A stretch of DNA of 64,000 nucleotides, from positions 64,001 to 128,000 of the forward strand of contig CAVTUQ010000037.1 in the NCBI GenBank assembly GCA_963737905.1. The letters run 5' to 3'. A program made the position numbers and the translations under genes. Shown here in pieces: positions 22,365 through 31,921 of the stretch (position 1 is its first letter; the number at the start of each line of letters is the position of its first letter). This stretch comes from an uncultured delta proteobacterium. Its GTDB lineage: Bacteria > Desulfobacterota > Binatia > UBA9968. A model generated the notes under the pieces. It did no database searches and was not told the DNA's origin. It saw only the letters and a list, made by a program, of their open reading frames with translations.

Positions 22365-22478
22365 CTGTATTTTCATAAGAGACGCAAAATACGCCACGTT
22401 CAAAAAAAACTTTCTTTGCGTGCTTGGCGTCTTGGCGCGATACCGTTTTTTGTCACTAAATTTTTACGGGTTCCGTCC

Positions 22479-22910
22479 CTAAGGACGAGCGAGGGGTTGG
22501 CCGCTCTGGGTGCCGATCCAGATTTCGCCGCCTTCATAAACTTCTTTTTTCCAGATCGGCACTGTTTTTTTGATTTCCTCGATGGCGAACCGGCAGGCGG
22601 CAAATGCAGCCTCGCGATGCGCCGCTGAAACGGCAATGACGACGCTGGGCTCGGTAATCTGAACCGGACCTATTCGATGCACGATGGCCATGCGGCAGAT
22701 CTGCCACTTTTTTGTTGCCTCCTCTCCCAGACGGGTCAGTTCTTTTTCGGCCATTTCCGGATAGGCTTCGTAGTCTAACGCAATCACTTTGCGTCCTTCG
22801 TTGTTGTTGCGGGTCGTACCGATGAAAGTCGCAATGGCTCCCGCCTCGGGGTCGGTGACGAAATCGACCAGCTCTTGAAGACTGATAGGCTTATCGGTAA
22901 CGCGAAACAT
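22479..22910 (-). CDS. moaE: Molybdopterin synthase catalytic subunit
   Basis: GAIATFIGTTR, LDYEAY, HRIG, PIWKKE. Confidence 0.95.
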   Translation of the reverse strand: MFRVTDKPISLQELVDFVTDPEAGAIATFIGTTRNNNEGRKVIALDYEAYPEMAEKELTRLGEEATKKWQICRMAIVHRIGPVQITEPSVVIAVSAAHREAAFAACRFAIEEIKKTVPIWKKEVYEGGEIWIGTQSGQPLARP

Positions 22911-23157
22911 TTCGACCCCCGCTTACCGGAGGAATAAAGACGACTTCGTCGGAATTTTTTAGGACGCGATCGGGCTTCACATAATCCTGATTGACAGCGT
23001 AAAGTAGCCTAATCCCAGGAACAGCCAACTTTGGGTAATCTTCTTGCAGCGCTGCCCAGAGATCGGCTACGGTGCTGCCTTCGCTGATCTCTTTGGTAAC
23101 TTCCGCCGCTCCCGCGCGCTCTCTTAACATCGCGAAGAGTTTGACTTTGACCTTCAT
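22891..23157 (-). CDS. moaD: Molybdopterin synthase sulfur carrier subunit
   Basis: LFAMLRE, AVNQDY, PPVSGG followed by a 7-aa extension RNVSRYR. Confidence 0.9.
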   Translation of the reverse strand: MKVKVKLFAMLRERAGAAEVTKEISEGSTVADLWAALQEDYPKLAVPGIRLLYAVNQDYVKPDRVLKNSDEVVFIPPVSGGRNVSRYR

Positions 23158-23660
23158 TTTCCCTGCAGCTGAGAGACCATGTGACGCAGCTCCGGCAAGA
23201 TCAATTTCTCCATGGCCAATCTCACGGCGCCTTTGGAGCCGGGAAGCGAGATAAGAACTTTACCTTGCGCCGAACCCGCGACAGCCCGGCTCATGATCGC
23301 AGCGGAGCCTATGTCTTGGTAGCTCAGATACCGAAAAATCTCCCCGAACCCGTCGAGTCTCTTGTCGAGTAACCCCGCAATGACCTCGTACGTTCCATCG
23401 CGGGGCGAAATACCCGTCCCGCCGTTAACGATCACTCCCTCAACCTGCTCGTTGGCAAGCGCTTCGCGCAGCAGTGCCTCAATCTCAGCCGGCTCGTCCT
23501 TGACAATGCGATAACCGGCCAACCCGTGCTTCTCGTCGATGAGCAGTGATCTGATCAATTGTCCGCTCTCATCTGTAGTCTCATCACGTGTGTCGCTCAC
23601 CGTGACAACAAAGCATTGAATGCTTCGCTTGCCCTTTGCTTTGTGCTCTTCTACGGACAT
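23154..23660 (-). CDS. moaB: MoaB/MogA molybdopterin adenylyltransferase family
   Basis: TVSDTR..TDESG, GGTGISPRDGT, SRAVAG, LPGS. Confidence 0.9.
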   Translation of the reverse strand: MSVEEHKAKGKRSIQCFVVTVSDTRDETTDESGQLIRSLLIDEKHGLAGYRIVKDEPAEIEALLREALANEQVEGVIVNGGTGISPRDGTYEVIAGLLDKRLDGFGEIFRYLSYQDIGSAAIMSRAVAGSAQGKVLISLPGSKGAVRLAMEKLILPELRHMVSQLQGK

Positions 23661-23903
23661 AGGATCGCCTCTTTATCGGCTCCAAAATTATACCAACCAG
23701 GTTGAATGATTTCAAAAGTCATGGATTCATCGCCTGAACCTGATAGGCGAATATCATCGCGCGGGGAAAGATTCAACGTTTTCCGACTTGAAGGTGATAA
23801 TCTGCCAGCCCGCATACCCTTGACAACCGATGCCGGAAGCATAAAGGTAAGGCCGTTTTGATGGCTTTGGTTATTTTGTCGGGAATAAGGGACTCTGGAT
23901 TCC

Positions 23904-24461
23904 ATGGCTAAGTGGCGCTGGCTCGAACAATTGACGGATCGCGAACAGTTATTGCGCGTCAGACTGCTGGAGAGCGTTCCCCTCTTTGCGGGCTTGAGCC
24001 GAAGGCAACTGGGCAAGCTTTTAGTAAAATTCTTCGAAAAAGAATATCGACCGGGCGAGACAATTTTCATGGAAGGGGAGCCCGGGAAAGCGTTGTTTAT
24101 TATCCTCGCGGGCACCGTATCGATCTGCCGTGCCCTTGGTGAGGGAGAAGAAATACTTGTGACCCTTACCGCAGGCGGTTATTTCGGCGAGCTGGCGCTG
24201 ATCGACGATCAGCCGCGCTTTGCCAGCGCTCGTGTCACGGAAGCCTCGCGCCTGCTCATATTATACCGAAGTGATTTTGAAGATCTCATGGAGGGCCAGA
24301 GAACCCTGGCAATTCAAGTGATGGGCAATCTCTTGAAGACCCTCGCCGGTTATGTGCGCCGAGCTCAGTCCCAAGGGAACGGGCGCAAAAGCACGATCGT
24401 GGGCCAAACCGTCGCGACGGACAAACCCGGAATGACTTCGAAAGGCATTTCCCGTGATTGA
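23904..24461 (+). CDS. Stand-alone cyclic-nucleotide-binding domain protein
   Basis: VPLFAGL, IFMEGEPG, FGELALIDDQPRFASA (intact phosphate-binding cassette); no HTH. Confidence 0.9.
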   Translation: MAKWRWLEQLTDREQLLRVRLLESVPLFAGLSRRQLGKLLVKFFEKEYRPGETIFMEGEPGKALFIILAGTVSICRALGEGEEILVTLTAGGYFGELALIDDQPRFASARVTEASRLLILYRSDFEDLMEGQRTLAIQVMGNLLKTLAGYVRRAQSQGNGRKSTIVGQTVATDKPGMTSKGISRD

Positions 24462-24506
24462 AGAACGCCCCGCAGGAGCTTTCGGGTTTCCCATCGACCC
24501 AAGTCA

Positions 24507-25592
24507 TTGATGCCACCCCTTTCTATCATATGGGCCCTGGTAATCGCGGTTGTCGCTCTTCTCGTATACGTATCGCAGGATTTTGTCCTGCTTCTACTGT
24601 TGTCGGCTACCCTCGCTTATCTGATCAACCCGATAGTAAAAATCGCCGAAAGCGCCATGATTAAGCGTACCGTAGCTGTCACCGCGATCTACCTGGGAAT
24701 CGGCGTTGCCTTCCTTATCACAGCCTACTTCGTATTTCCGCATTTGCGCGCCGAAGTAAACACGCTTTCGCGCAACTTGCCTTCTTTCAGCCAACGGTTT
24801 GACGAAGCCGTCGATGCTATCCAAAGTGAGATCGTCGCCAAATACCCCGCCGCGGATTCGTTGTCTACGACTCGCGAAGTTCGCTACGAGAGATTGAATG
24901 CCTTTATCGAGCAACAGGTAGCGGATGTTCCGCTGCTTCTCACTCATGTGGCGTCGATTGTGCTGGCCGCTGTGTTGATTCCATTTTTCTCCTACTTCTT
25001 TCTGCGTGATAGCCGAAGGATTATAGGTTTTGTGTTGGACCGTTTGCCGCCCGGCCACATTGAGACGACGGTTGCGGTTTGGTGCGAGATCGATCGCACC
25101 GTGGGTCGGTACCTCCGCGGCTTGGCTATTGAGGGTATAACGGTAGGCGTCTTTGCCGCCTTGGGCCTCGCGATCCTCGGTGTCAATTATCCGCTTTTGC
25201 TTGGTGTCGTGACAGGCTTGGCCAACGTGGTCCCCTATCTGGGCCCGATCATCGGCGGTACCGCCGCCATCCTAGTTGCCCTGGTCCAATTCAAGAGCCT
25301 TTCGGTTATTGCCCAGGTGGCTATTCTCTACCTTTCCCTGAAGCTGCTCGATCTGTTAGCGATCCAACCTTTGGCCGTCGGCAAAGGCAACGACTTGCAT
25401 CCAGTCCTCCTCATCGCGTCGATCATCGTCGGCGGTCATGCTCTGGGGATCATCGGCATGGTCATCGCGGTGCCGACCATTACTATTCTTCAGAGAATCG
25501 CGAAGCTCTTGCTTGAGCGTCGCCGCTATCCCACTCACGCGCTCGATTCCCGCCCGAACAGCGGTGTGCAGTCACAGCCCTATGTCTGTTAG
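24507..25592 (+). CDS. AI-2E (PerM) family transporter
   Basis: LAYLINPIV, YLRG, NVVPYLGPIIG, LHPVLL, IAVPT; start uncertain. Confidence 0.88.
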   Translation: MMPPLSIIWALVIAVVALLVYVSQDFVLLLLLSATLAYLINPIVKIAESAMIKRTVAVTAIYLGIGVAFLITAYFVFPHLRAEVNTLSRNLPSFSQRFDEAVDAIQSEIVAKYPAADSLSTTREVRYERLNAFIEQQVADVPLLLTHVASIVLAAVLIPFFSYFFLRDSRRIIGFVLDRLPPGHIETTVAVWCEIDRTVGRYLRGLAIEGITVGVFAALGLAILGVNYPLLLGVVTGLANVVPYLGPIIGGTAAILVALVQFKSLSVIAQVAILYLSLKLLDLLAIQPLAVGKGNDLHPVLLIASIIVGGHALGIIGMVIAVPTITILQRIAKLLLERRRYPTHALDSRPNSGVQSQPYVC

Positions 25593-25631
25593 GATGAGAC
25601 ATCGAGGGTCGCTGGCACGGGGCGGGCTAAC

Positions 25632-25979
25632 TCATCCATGCTCTTTTCTATTTCTTCGCGTCTCATTCTCGCTAGTGGATTGACCCTTGATAGGAACCAA
25701 AAATATTTGCTTTGTGTCCTTCTGGATAAATTGCCTCCCCGTCAAGTGGCATGTGAGAATAGTGCCAGAAAGAGTTGCGAGGCTTTTTGGAAGGCTTTTC
25801 CCGTTGTAAAAGTCGCCGATACTTCGCTTATCAACGGGGCCGCCTTCGAGCGTAATGGACATCCCGGTTTCGTGCATCCCAGCGCATTTGTTGCAAGATA
25901 CAAGGATGCTGTACTGAACCGTTGAGTTGTGCACACTGGAGGATGGGGCCGCTTCTACGCCAAGTTTTAGCTCTGTCAT
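25632..25979 (-). CDS. Hypothetical protein with CxxCxxxH...CxxTG (possible metal site)
   Basis: CNKCAGMH...CHLTGRQF; GGGAG before ATG 25979. Confidence 0.6.
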   Translation of the reverse strand: MTELKLGVEAAPSSSVHNSTVQYSILVSCNKCAGMHETGMSITLEGGPVDKRSIGDFYNGKSLPKSLATLSGTILTCHLTGRQFIQKDTKQIFLVPIKGQSTSENETRRNRKEHG

Positions 25980-25992
25980 ACGCTCCCTCGTT

Positions 25993-26560
25993 TTAAGCCG
26001 CATATTGTCGATTGCTTGGTGGACCTTCAGGGCACCTGAGTTGCAACGTGGAGGAGGATTTTGGCTCGCTCAATCCTCTTGTGCTCCGTACCTTTGTGGA
26101 ACCGATGAGTGACCACGCCGTCTTTAAGATGAACTCGATGGGTCTGCGGAGAAAGCCCATTGTAGGAAGGTCATTCTGCGCCGACATTACGAGAGCGATC
26201 TCGGCCCCGCGACTATGATATTCCACCGCGCGTGACAAACTGCCGGTATAAACCTCCAGGGTCGCCTTTACTCCGATCTTTTGCAAAGCGTAACGCCATG
26301 GAGCAACCATCTCTTCGGCCAACACCCTTTGCCCCTCCCAGGAGTATTTCTCGATGACTTTCCTTCCCGCCAGTATGGCGTGTCTCGAAGATTCTGTTGT
26401 TATCCAGTGATCCCGGAACCATGCCCCGGGAACCTACTGGATAACGAACGAGGAAAACAACTCTCATGCCCGGTTTGGCGGTCTCTTCAACGACAGCGAG
26501 GGTTTCCTTAATCCGGTGATGTGGATTGAATGGAATCAAGATTTGGCCCGCCATAGTCAT
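25993..26560 (-). CDS. Universal-stress-protein-like hypothetical, paralog 1; apparent frameshift at about 26433
   Basis: Joined frames MAGQILIP...KPGMRVVFL...DHWIT...EGQRVLAE...LQKIGV..EVYTGSL...LVM align with 28554-29060. Confidence 0.65.
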
Positions 26561-26609
26561 TTCCTCCTTCTGTGTCATAACTTCTCGACCGCCTTCTCCA
26601 AACTCTACC

Positions 26610-26624
26610 GCAACCCATGTGCCA
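26610..26624 (-). promoter_or_regulatory. Sigma54 -24/-12 promoter
   Basis: TGGCAC-atggg-TTGC on the minus strand, about 50 nt upstream of paralog 1. Confidence 0.85.
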
Positions 26625-26788
26625 CGCTGCTAAGACCTCGGCTACTTAGCATAAGTTGCCGAAATGGATGAAAAATTTAAGCTCCAGTATACTTAGCCTA
26701 TGCGAAGCTACAGGACTCTAACTTAGTACCCTGGCCACGCTGATAGAGAACAAGCAACATAAGCCACTAAATACCTAGGTTTTTTAAT

Positions 26789-26824
26789 TGTAGACGTTGT
26801 CAACAGTTGTAGACTTCGTTGACA
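26789..26824. promoter_or_regulatory. Tandem enhancer-like (UAS) sites TGT-N11-ACA
   Basis: TGTAGACGTTGTCAACA and TGTAGACTTCGTTGACA, 19 bp apart, 165-200 bp from the sigma54 site. Confidence 0.55.
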
Positions 26825-26904
26825 GCTCGACGATCAAATGCTAAAGGTCGTTCAAACACTGACCGCGAAGCCAAACACTTGCGATTTATGCGAGAGGCGA
26901 GGGA

Positions 26905-28455
26905 ATGGATTCAACCAGTCAACCATTTGGCGAAAAGCAGAATCATCTTGGAGAGAAACTTTTTCCGATTCTAAAAATCTGCCAGAAAATGAATTCGGAA
27001 AGGGACCTTGCGGCCCTTTTAGACTTAATTGCTAAGGAAGCCACTAAACTGATGGAGGCCGATCGAGCCAGTCTTTTTATGCTCGATCGGGCACGGGGCG
27101 AGCTTTGGTCAAAGGTTGCACTTGGCAGCAAGGAGATTCGATTTGACGCTCGCTTGGGCATCGCTGGAGCCGTGGCCCTCACCGGACAAACGATCAATGT
27201 CGAGGACGCCCACGGAGACCCGCGCTTCTATGGTGAGATTGATCTTCGTAGCGGGTATCGCACGCGAGGCCTTCTCGCCATCCCGCTGCGAAACCATGAA
27301 GGAGAAATCATTGGAACGTTTGAGGTACTGAATAAAAAGATAGGGGCATTCGGCAAGGAGGACGAAGAGATTCTGAAAGCATTAGCCGCTCAAGCGGCGA
27401 TTGCTATAGAAACGGCGCAGCATGTGGAAGAGATGAGGCGGCATCGGGACCAACTCCAAGAGGAGAACGCCCAGCTATGGAAGGAGGTAGAGGGGAGATT
27501 TTCCACTCAAAGTATTATCGGCACCAGCGAAAGAATTCACGCCGTCTTAAGATTGATCGACCAGATCAGCAACAGTTCCGTGAATGTGTTGATCACCGGG
27601 GAAAGCGGTACCGGCAAGGAACTGGCAGCGAAGGCGATTCACTACAAGAGTCTGCGGGCTCGAAAGCCGTTCGTAGCTCTGAATTGTGCGGCGCTTCCTG
27701 AAAGTCTAGTGGAAAGCGAGTTGTTTGGGATTGAGCGAGGCGTGGCGACCGGCGTGGAACGGCGTTTGGGAAAGTTCGAAGCGGCGAATGGCGGGACATT
27801 GTTTCTGGACGAGATCGGAGATCTAAGTTTGACAGCGCAAGCCAAACTTCTACGCGTTCTCCAAGAGAGAGTGATCGAACACTTGGGCGGGAGGAAGCCC
27901 ATTCCTGTCGATGTGAGAATTCTATCGGCGACGAACAAAAATCTGGAAACGGAGATTCAAAAAGGGACCTTTCGCCAAGATATTTACTATCGTTTGAAGG
28001 TGATCCACATTCAGATGCCGCCGCTTCGTGAGATTCGGGAGGACATTCCGGGCTTAGCCAACTATTTGCTAGCCAACTATTGTCGCGAAATGAAGAAAGA
28101 CGCGATGAACTTGGCTCCCCAAGCCGCAAATGCCTGCATGAATTATCCTTGGCCCGGAAACGTCAGAGAATTGGAAAATGAGATGAAGCGGCTGGTTCTT
28201 TCGGTCTCTGGAAATACGATTGCAAGAGAGGATCTATCTGAAGCCATACGCAGAAGCACTACCGAAGTCGCCTCCTCGTTATCCACGCCAAGGTTTATAA
28301 AAGACGTTGTTTCCGAGATAGAAAAGCGCATGATCCAAGAGGCTTTACAGCAGACCAAGCAGAATCAACTGCACGCAGCAAAAGCGCTAGGTTTGAGCCG
28401 TCACGGGTTGATAAAAAAGATGAAGCGATACAACATTGGATTGCGCGACTCCTGA
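26905..28455 (+). CDS. Sigma54-dependent enhancer-binding protein, GAF-AAA+-Fis HTH
   Basis: GAF with LNKKIGAFGKEDE; GESGTGKE, ESELFG, GVATGV, LFLDEIG, WPGNVRELEN, C-terminal HTH. Confidence 0.95.
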   Translation: MDSTSQPFGEKQNHLGEKLFPILKICQKMNSERDLAALLDLIAKEATKLMEADRASLFMLDRARGELWSKVALGSKEIRFDARLGIAGAVALTGQTINVEDAHGDPRFYGEIDLRSGYRTRGLLAIPLRNHEGEIIGTFEVLNKKIGAFGKEDEEILKALAAQAAIAIETAQHVEEMRRHRDQLQEENAQLWKEVEGRFSTQSIIGTSERIHAVLRLIDQISNSSVNVLITGESGTGKELAAKAIHYKSLRARKPFVALNCAALPESLVESELFGIERGVATGVERRLGKFEAANGGTLFLDEIGDLSLTAQAKLLRVLQERVIEHLGGRKPIPVDVRILSATNKNLETEIQKGTFRQDIYYRLKVIHIQMPPLREIREDIPGLANYLLANYCREMKKDAMNLAPQAANACMNYPWPGNVRELENEMKRLVLSVSGNTIAREDLSEAIRRSTTEVASSLSTPRFIKDVVSEIEKRMIQEALQQTKQNQLHAAKALGLSRHGLIKKMKRYNIGLRDS

Positions 28456-28553
28456 TCGGCCATTGTGTCGGCCGTGACCAACTCGCTGCTTCCCTCGTGC
28501 ATTCCTTTCGTAGATTAGGCATTCACCTGTTTGCAGTGTTACGCCTTCAAACT

Positions 28554-29060
28554 CTAAACCGCGGCAGTCGAATGGAGTACGAGTATGGGGGCCAAAGTCG
28601 GGCGTTTGACCAAGCCAAAAACGGGGAACGCCTTGTGGAGAAAATCCATCATCAGTTCCCTTTTTGCCCGCATCACGATTAGATGAACATCGCCCTTACA
28701 CGTGTAACTCTTCACTGCTCTCCTAAAAGAACCCGTGTAAATGTCCACAGTGATCTCGATCCCTCTTTTGCGCAGAGCCTCCAGGGCGAGAAACACTTTG
28801 TGCTCGGTCGATAACCTTTGCTCCTCCATCGACTGCATCCCGGTAAACCGCGGCTTCTCTAACTCTCCCTCGAAGAGCCCTGATTCCTCTGGGTACTGTA
28901 ACCTTATCCAGTCGCGCCGCGACGCTTGAGAGGCCGGTGGCGGGGCGAAACGAATGAGCAAAACGACTTGCATCCCTGGTTGGGCGATGTTCTCGATGTA
29001 AGGAATCATCTGGCTGAGTCGATCTTCACTTTTTAACGCAACCAAAATCTGCGCGGCCAT
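28554..29060 (-). CDS. Universal-stress-protein-like hypothetical, paralog 2
   Basis: MAAQILVAL...QPGMQVVLL...LRKRGI...DIYTGS...HLIVM...PILVL resembles the USP strand pattern. Confidence 0.65.
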   Translation of the reverse strand: MAAQILVALKSEDRLSQMIPYIENIAQPGMQVVLLIRFAPPPASQASRRDWIRLQYPEESGLFEGELEKPRFTGMQSMEEQRLSTEHKVFLALEALRKRGIEITVDIYTGSFRRAVKSYTCKGDVHLIVMRAKRELMMDFLHKAFPVFGLVKRPTLAPILVLHSTAAV

Positions 29061-29102
29061 GATTTTCCCTCTTTTCGTCCACACTTCTAGTGAGTCGTAG
29101 AG

Positions 29103-29117
29103 GCAATCTAGGTGCCA
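29103..29117 (-). promoter_or_regulatory. Sigma54 -24/-12 promoter
   Basis: TGGCAC-ctaga-TTGC on the minus strand, about 43 nt upstream of paralog 2. Confidence 0.85.
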
Positions 29118-29188
29118 ACCCGAAAAGACTTAATGTACTGAGGCAATGGGATAATTATAAGACATCCCGGCTATTTTCCCGCTACGGG

Positions 29189-29228
29189 TGTGTCATTTCG
29201 AATACACCCATGTGTTTTTTCGGATACC
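29189..29228. promoter_or_regulatory. Tandem enhancer-like sites TGT-N12-AC(A/C)
   Basis: TGTGTCATTTCGAATACA and TGTGTTTTTTCGGATACC, 22 bp apart. Confidence 0.5.
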
Positions 29229-29236
29229 CCTAACGA

Positions 29237-31907
29237 CTAACCCATCAGCCCCAAATATCTCCAATATGGGATAGCCGCGATCAGCGCCACGAGATATGCC
29301 AGCGCATAAAAGAAATTGATTCGTGACATGAAGGAGTAGCTGAATCCCTTACCTTCGGTGGTTGAGTACGCAAGGGTGTGCCAGTCTACCTGGAACTTGA
29401 AGAACCAGACTTCCGACGCCATGAGGATAATCATCACCATGATCCATGGACTAATGCCCATATCGATGGACAACGGGAGCAGAGCGACGGTAAGCGTGAC
29501 GACGGTGAGAAAGCTCGTAAAAAACAATTTAACGGCGTAGGCGATGAGAGCGATAGCAATAAACGAGAGCGCCGGGTGATCCAAAAGCGGAAGGATCACC
29601 GGGGACGCTAAGCCAACCAACCATTCATCAATTTTTGCCTGGGTTAAGAAGGGTAGGTATACTTAACGTCGCGCCCATATAGATGAGCAATTCCCAATCG
29701 ATCCCTTTCTTCAACATGCCCCAGCCCAGCACGCCCGTATTGATTAAAACACAAAGCGAAATGAGGGAGATCCAGGCGCCGTCGATCCCATGGTAGGAAA
29801 TAGTCAACCAACCCGCCACGGTGAAACAAAGCAGCCCAAGCGTGATCCATTCTTTGTGCGATAGCGCTCCCAGAACTTCGAGCTGGTTCTGGACCATTTT
29901 ATAAGACACCTGAGCTTTCGACTCGGGGCGATAGAGAAACATGGCGCTGACTATAATGATAATGGCAACGACCAGAGTGGGAGGTAACGCAGCAAGAAAC
30001 CAATAGCCCCAGGTAAACTGCTCGCGGACATCGGCGGGTAGAAGTCCCCAGGCGATTAGGCTCGTCGTGGAACCTGTCAGAAAGAGAAAACCGAGCTGCC
30101 CCAAGCCCAGGAAGCTCGCAACAAAAAGGCCGGTTGATGCTTTGGACGGGTTTTTATAGCCGAGGCTTTCAGAGAGATTGACAAGCATTTGGCTGATAAT
30201 CGCAGTGCGGGCACTTTGTTGCGGGATAAGGGCCATCACGACGATCCCCATCAAACCTAGAGCGACAATCTGCCAGTAGTATTTCAAAGGGAAAAAGCGG
30301 ACCAGTTGCAGTGACAGGCGGTAAAAGAGCCCGGAGCTAGTGATGGCCGCACCCAAACCCAGTACTCCGAGGGTCATAAACCAGGTGGTGCTTGCGAAGC
30401 CGCCGAGCACTACCTCTGGCCTTCCCAGGTGAGTCAAGATCAGTCCCAAGGGAAAAATCAGAGCGACTCCGTAGTCCGGAAAGACCCAAAAGACCCAGTA
30501 GATTAACGTCAGGGAGAGTAAACCGAGCAATTTGGTTGCGCCATGGTCCAGGCCAATGTCGGGTGTCCAGAACCAGAGATAACTCCAGACGGCAAGACCC
30601 AAAACTCCGCCTACCCACCGACTCACCGAAGAGTCTTTGTGAGAAAGAGCAAAGCGAGAGACCAGATGTGACCAGATGGAGCCCGTTCCAGACATTGTGC
30701 CAGGGAGCGATGACGCCTGGGCCACCTTGGCCCTGTCCCGGTAAGGCTCCGTCATGTCTTCAGCCATGGTTCCCGTCTCCTGCTCCACCAGGTTGAGCGC
30801 GCTGCGAAGACAGGTGAGCGCCTGAGCATATTCTCTCTTTTGCACCAAGGTATCTGCCATGCTCTGGTAACGGGCTACGGCTTCAGCGATTAGGGTTCCT
30901 GCGCCTCTTTGGGAGAGGACTTCTTTATAGATCCTGACGGCTCCTCCCAAGTCACCCATATGAGCGAGCGCTCTGGCCTTGACGTCCGCTAAATGCGGAT
31001 CAGCGAAGAAGTGGTCCGGCGGGATTCTTTCAACCGCATTCTTCACGAACGGGGAGGAGCCGTTCAGCAACACCTCTTGATGTTTGATAAGGAGCTGCGC
31101 TGCTCTAGACCATTCTTCGGCTTCCAGAAAATGGTGGATAGTCTGCTTCCAATCACCCAGCGTCTCGTATTGCGCTGCAATCTGAGCCTGCAGTTGCTGC
31201 TCGGTTTCTCTGCCTTCGACCTTAAGGAGTTTTTCCCTCAAAAAGTCTCTAAAAAAAACGTGGAGCTCGTAACGATTCGCTTCCAAAGACCGGATCAAAG
31301 GAAACTCGCTTTTTTCAAGATCCTCCACGAATCGCTTTGCCCCTTCGGTTTGCAGCAACTGGTCCGCGGTCTGCGTATCTATGGTGGTCAATAATGAGGC
31401 GCGGCGAGAAAACTGTTGTTGCTCAGGGCTCCTGGAGCTATAGAACTCCTCGGCCAGGGAGTTGAACGCATCGCGTCCCTGGGAGTATTGCTGTTCTACG
31501 TGTGCGAGTCTTTTGCTCAGTGTAGCGGCGTAGTGGAGGAGCCAAGTGGGGTACTTCTCGATCAGTTCAATCCAAGCCTCGCGGGTAAGCCTCCACACCG
31601 TGGTATCCTTGACGGTGATAATAGTCGCCGAGCGTGGTTCTCCCGATAGAAGGGCCATTTCTCCAAACGAATCTTGCGGGCCCAGGACCGCGATGCTTTC
31701 CCTTCTGCCTCCACCTCCCTCGAGGACCACTTGGACGGCGCCAGATTGGATAATGTAGAAGGAGTCGCCTTGATCTCCTTGGGAGAGGATCGTCGTTCCA
31801 GCATTAAAAAATCTTTCCTCCAGCCTGCCGAGAATTTTCGCTATATCCTCGCGCGAGAGTCCGGAAAACAGGGGGTTGGTTCTGATCGTATCCGCTAAAT
31901 CAGCCAT
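29237..31907 (-). CDS. CNB + MalT-like helical/TPR + SLC13/DASS permease fusion; apparent +1 frameshift at about 29645
   Basis: FGEMALLSGEPRSA; RYELHVFFRDFLREKL; TPR-like helices; LGGFASTTW, LIPQQSART, IDWELLI; removing one base joins LLTQAKIDEWLVGLASP. Confidence 0.8.
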
Positions 31908-31921
31908 AAGCCCTTGGTCCG

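Larger units (their letters stand above)
20890..22381 (+). mobile_element. IS110-family insertion sequence, about 1.49 kb, with AG core at both junctions
   Basis: Left junction cgcgcaaAG/taattcatg, right junction tcataagAG/acgcaaaa; removal rebuilds a 9-mer repeat hairpin. Confidence 0.8.
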
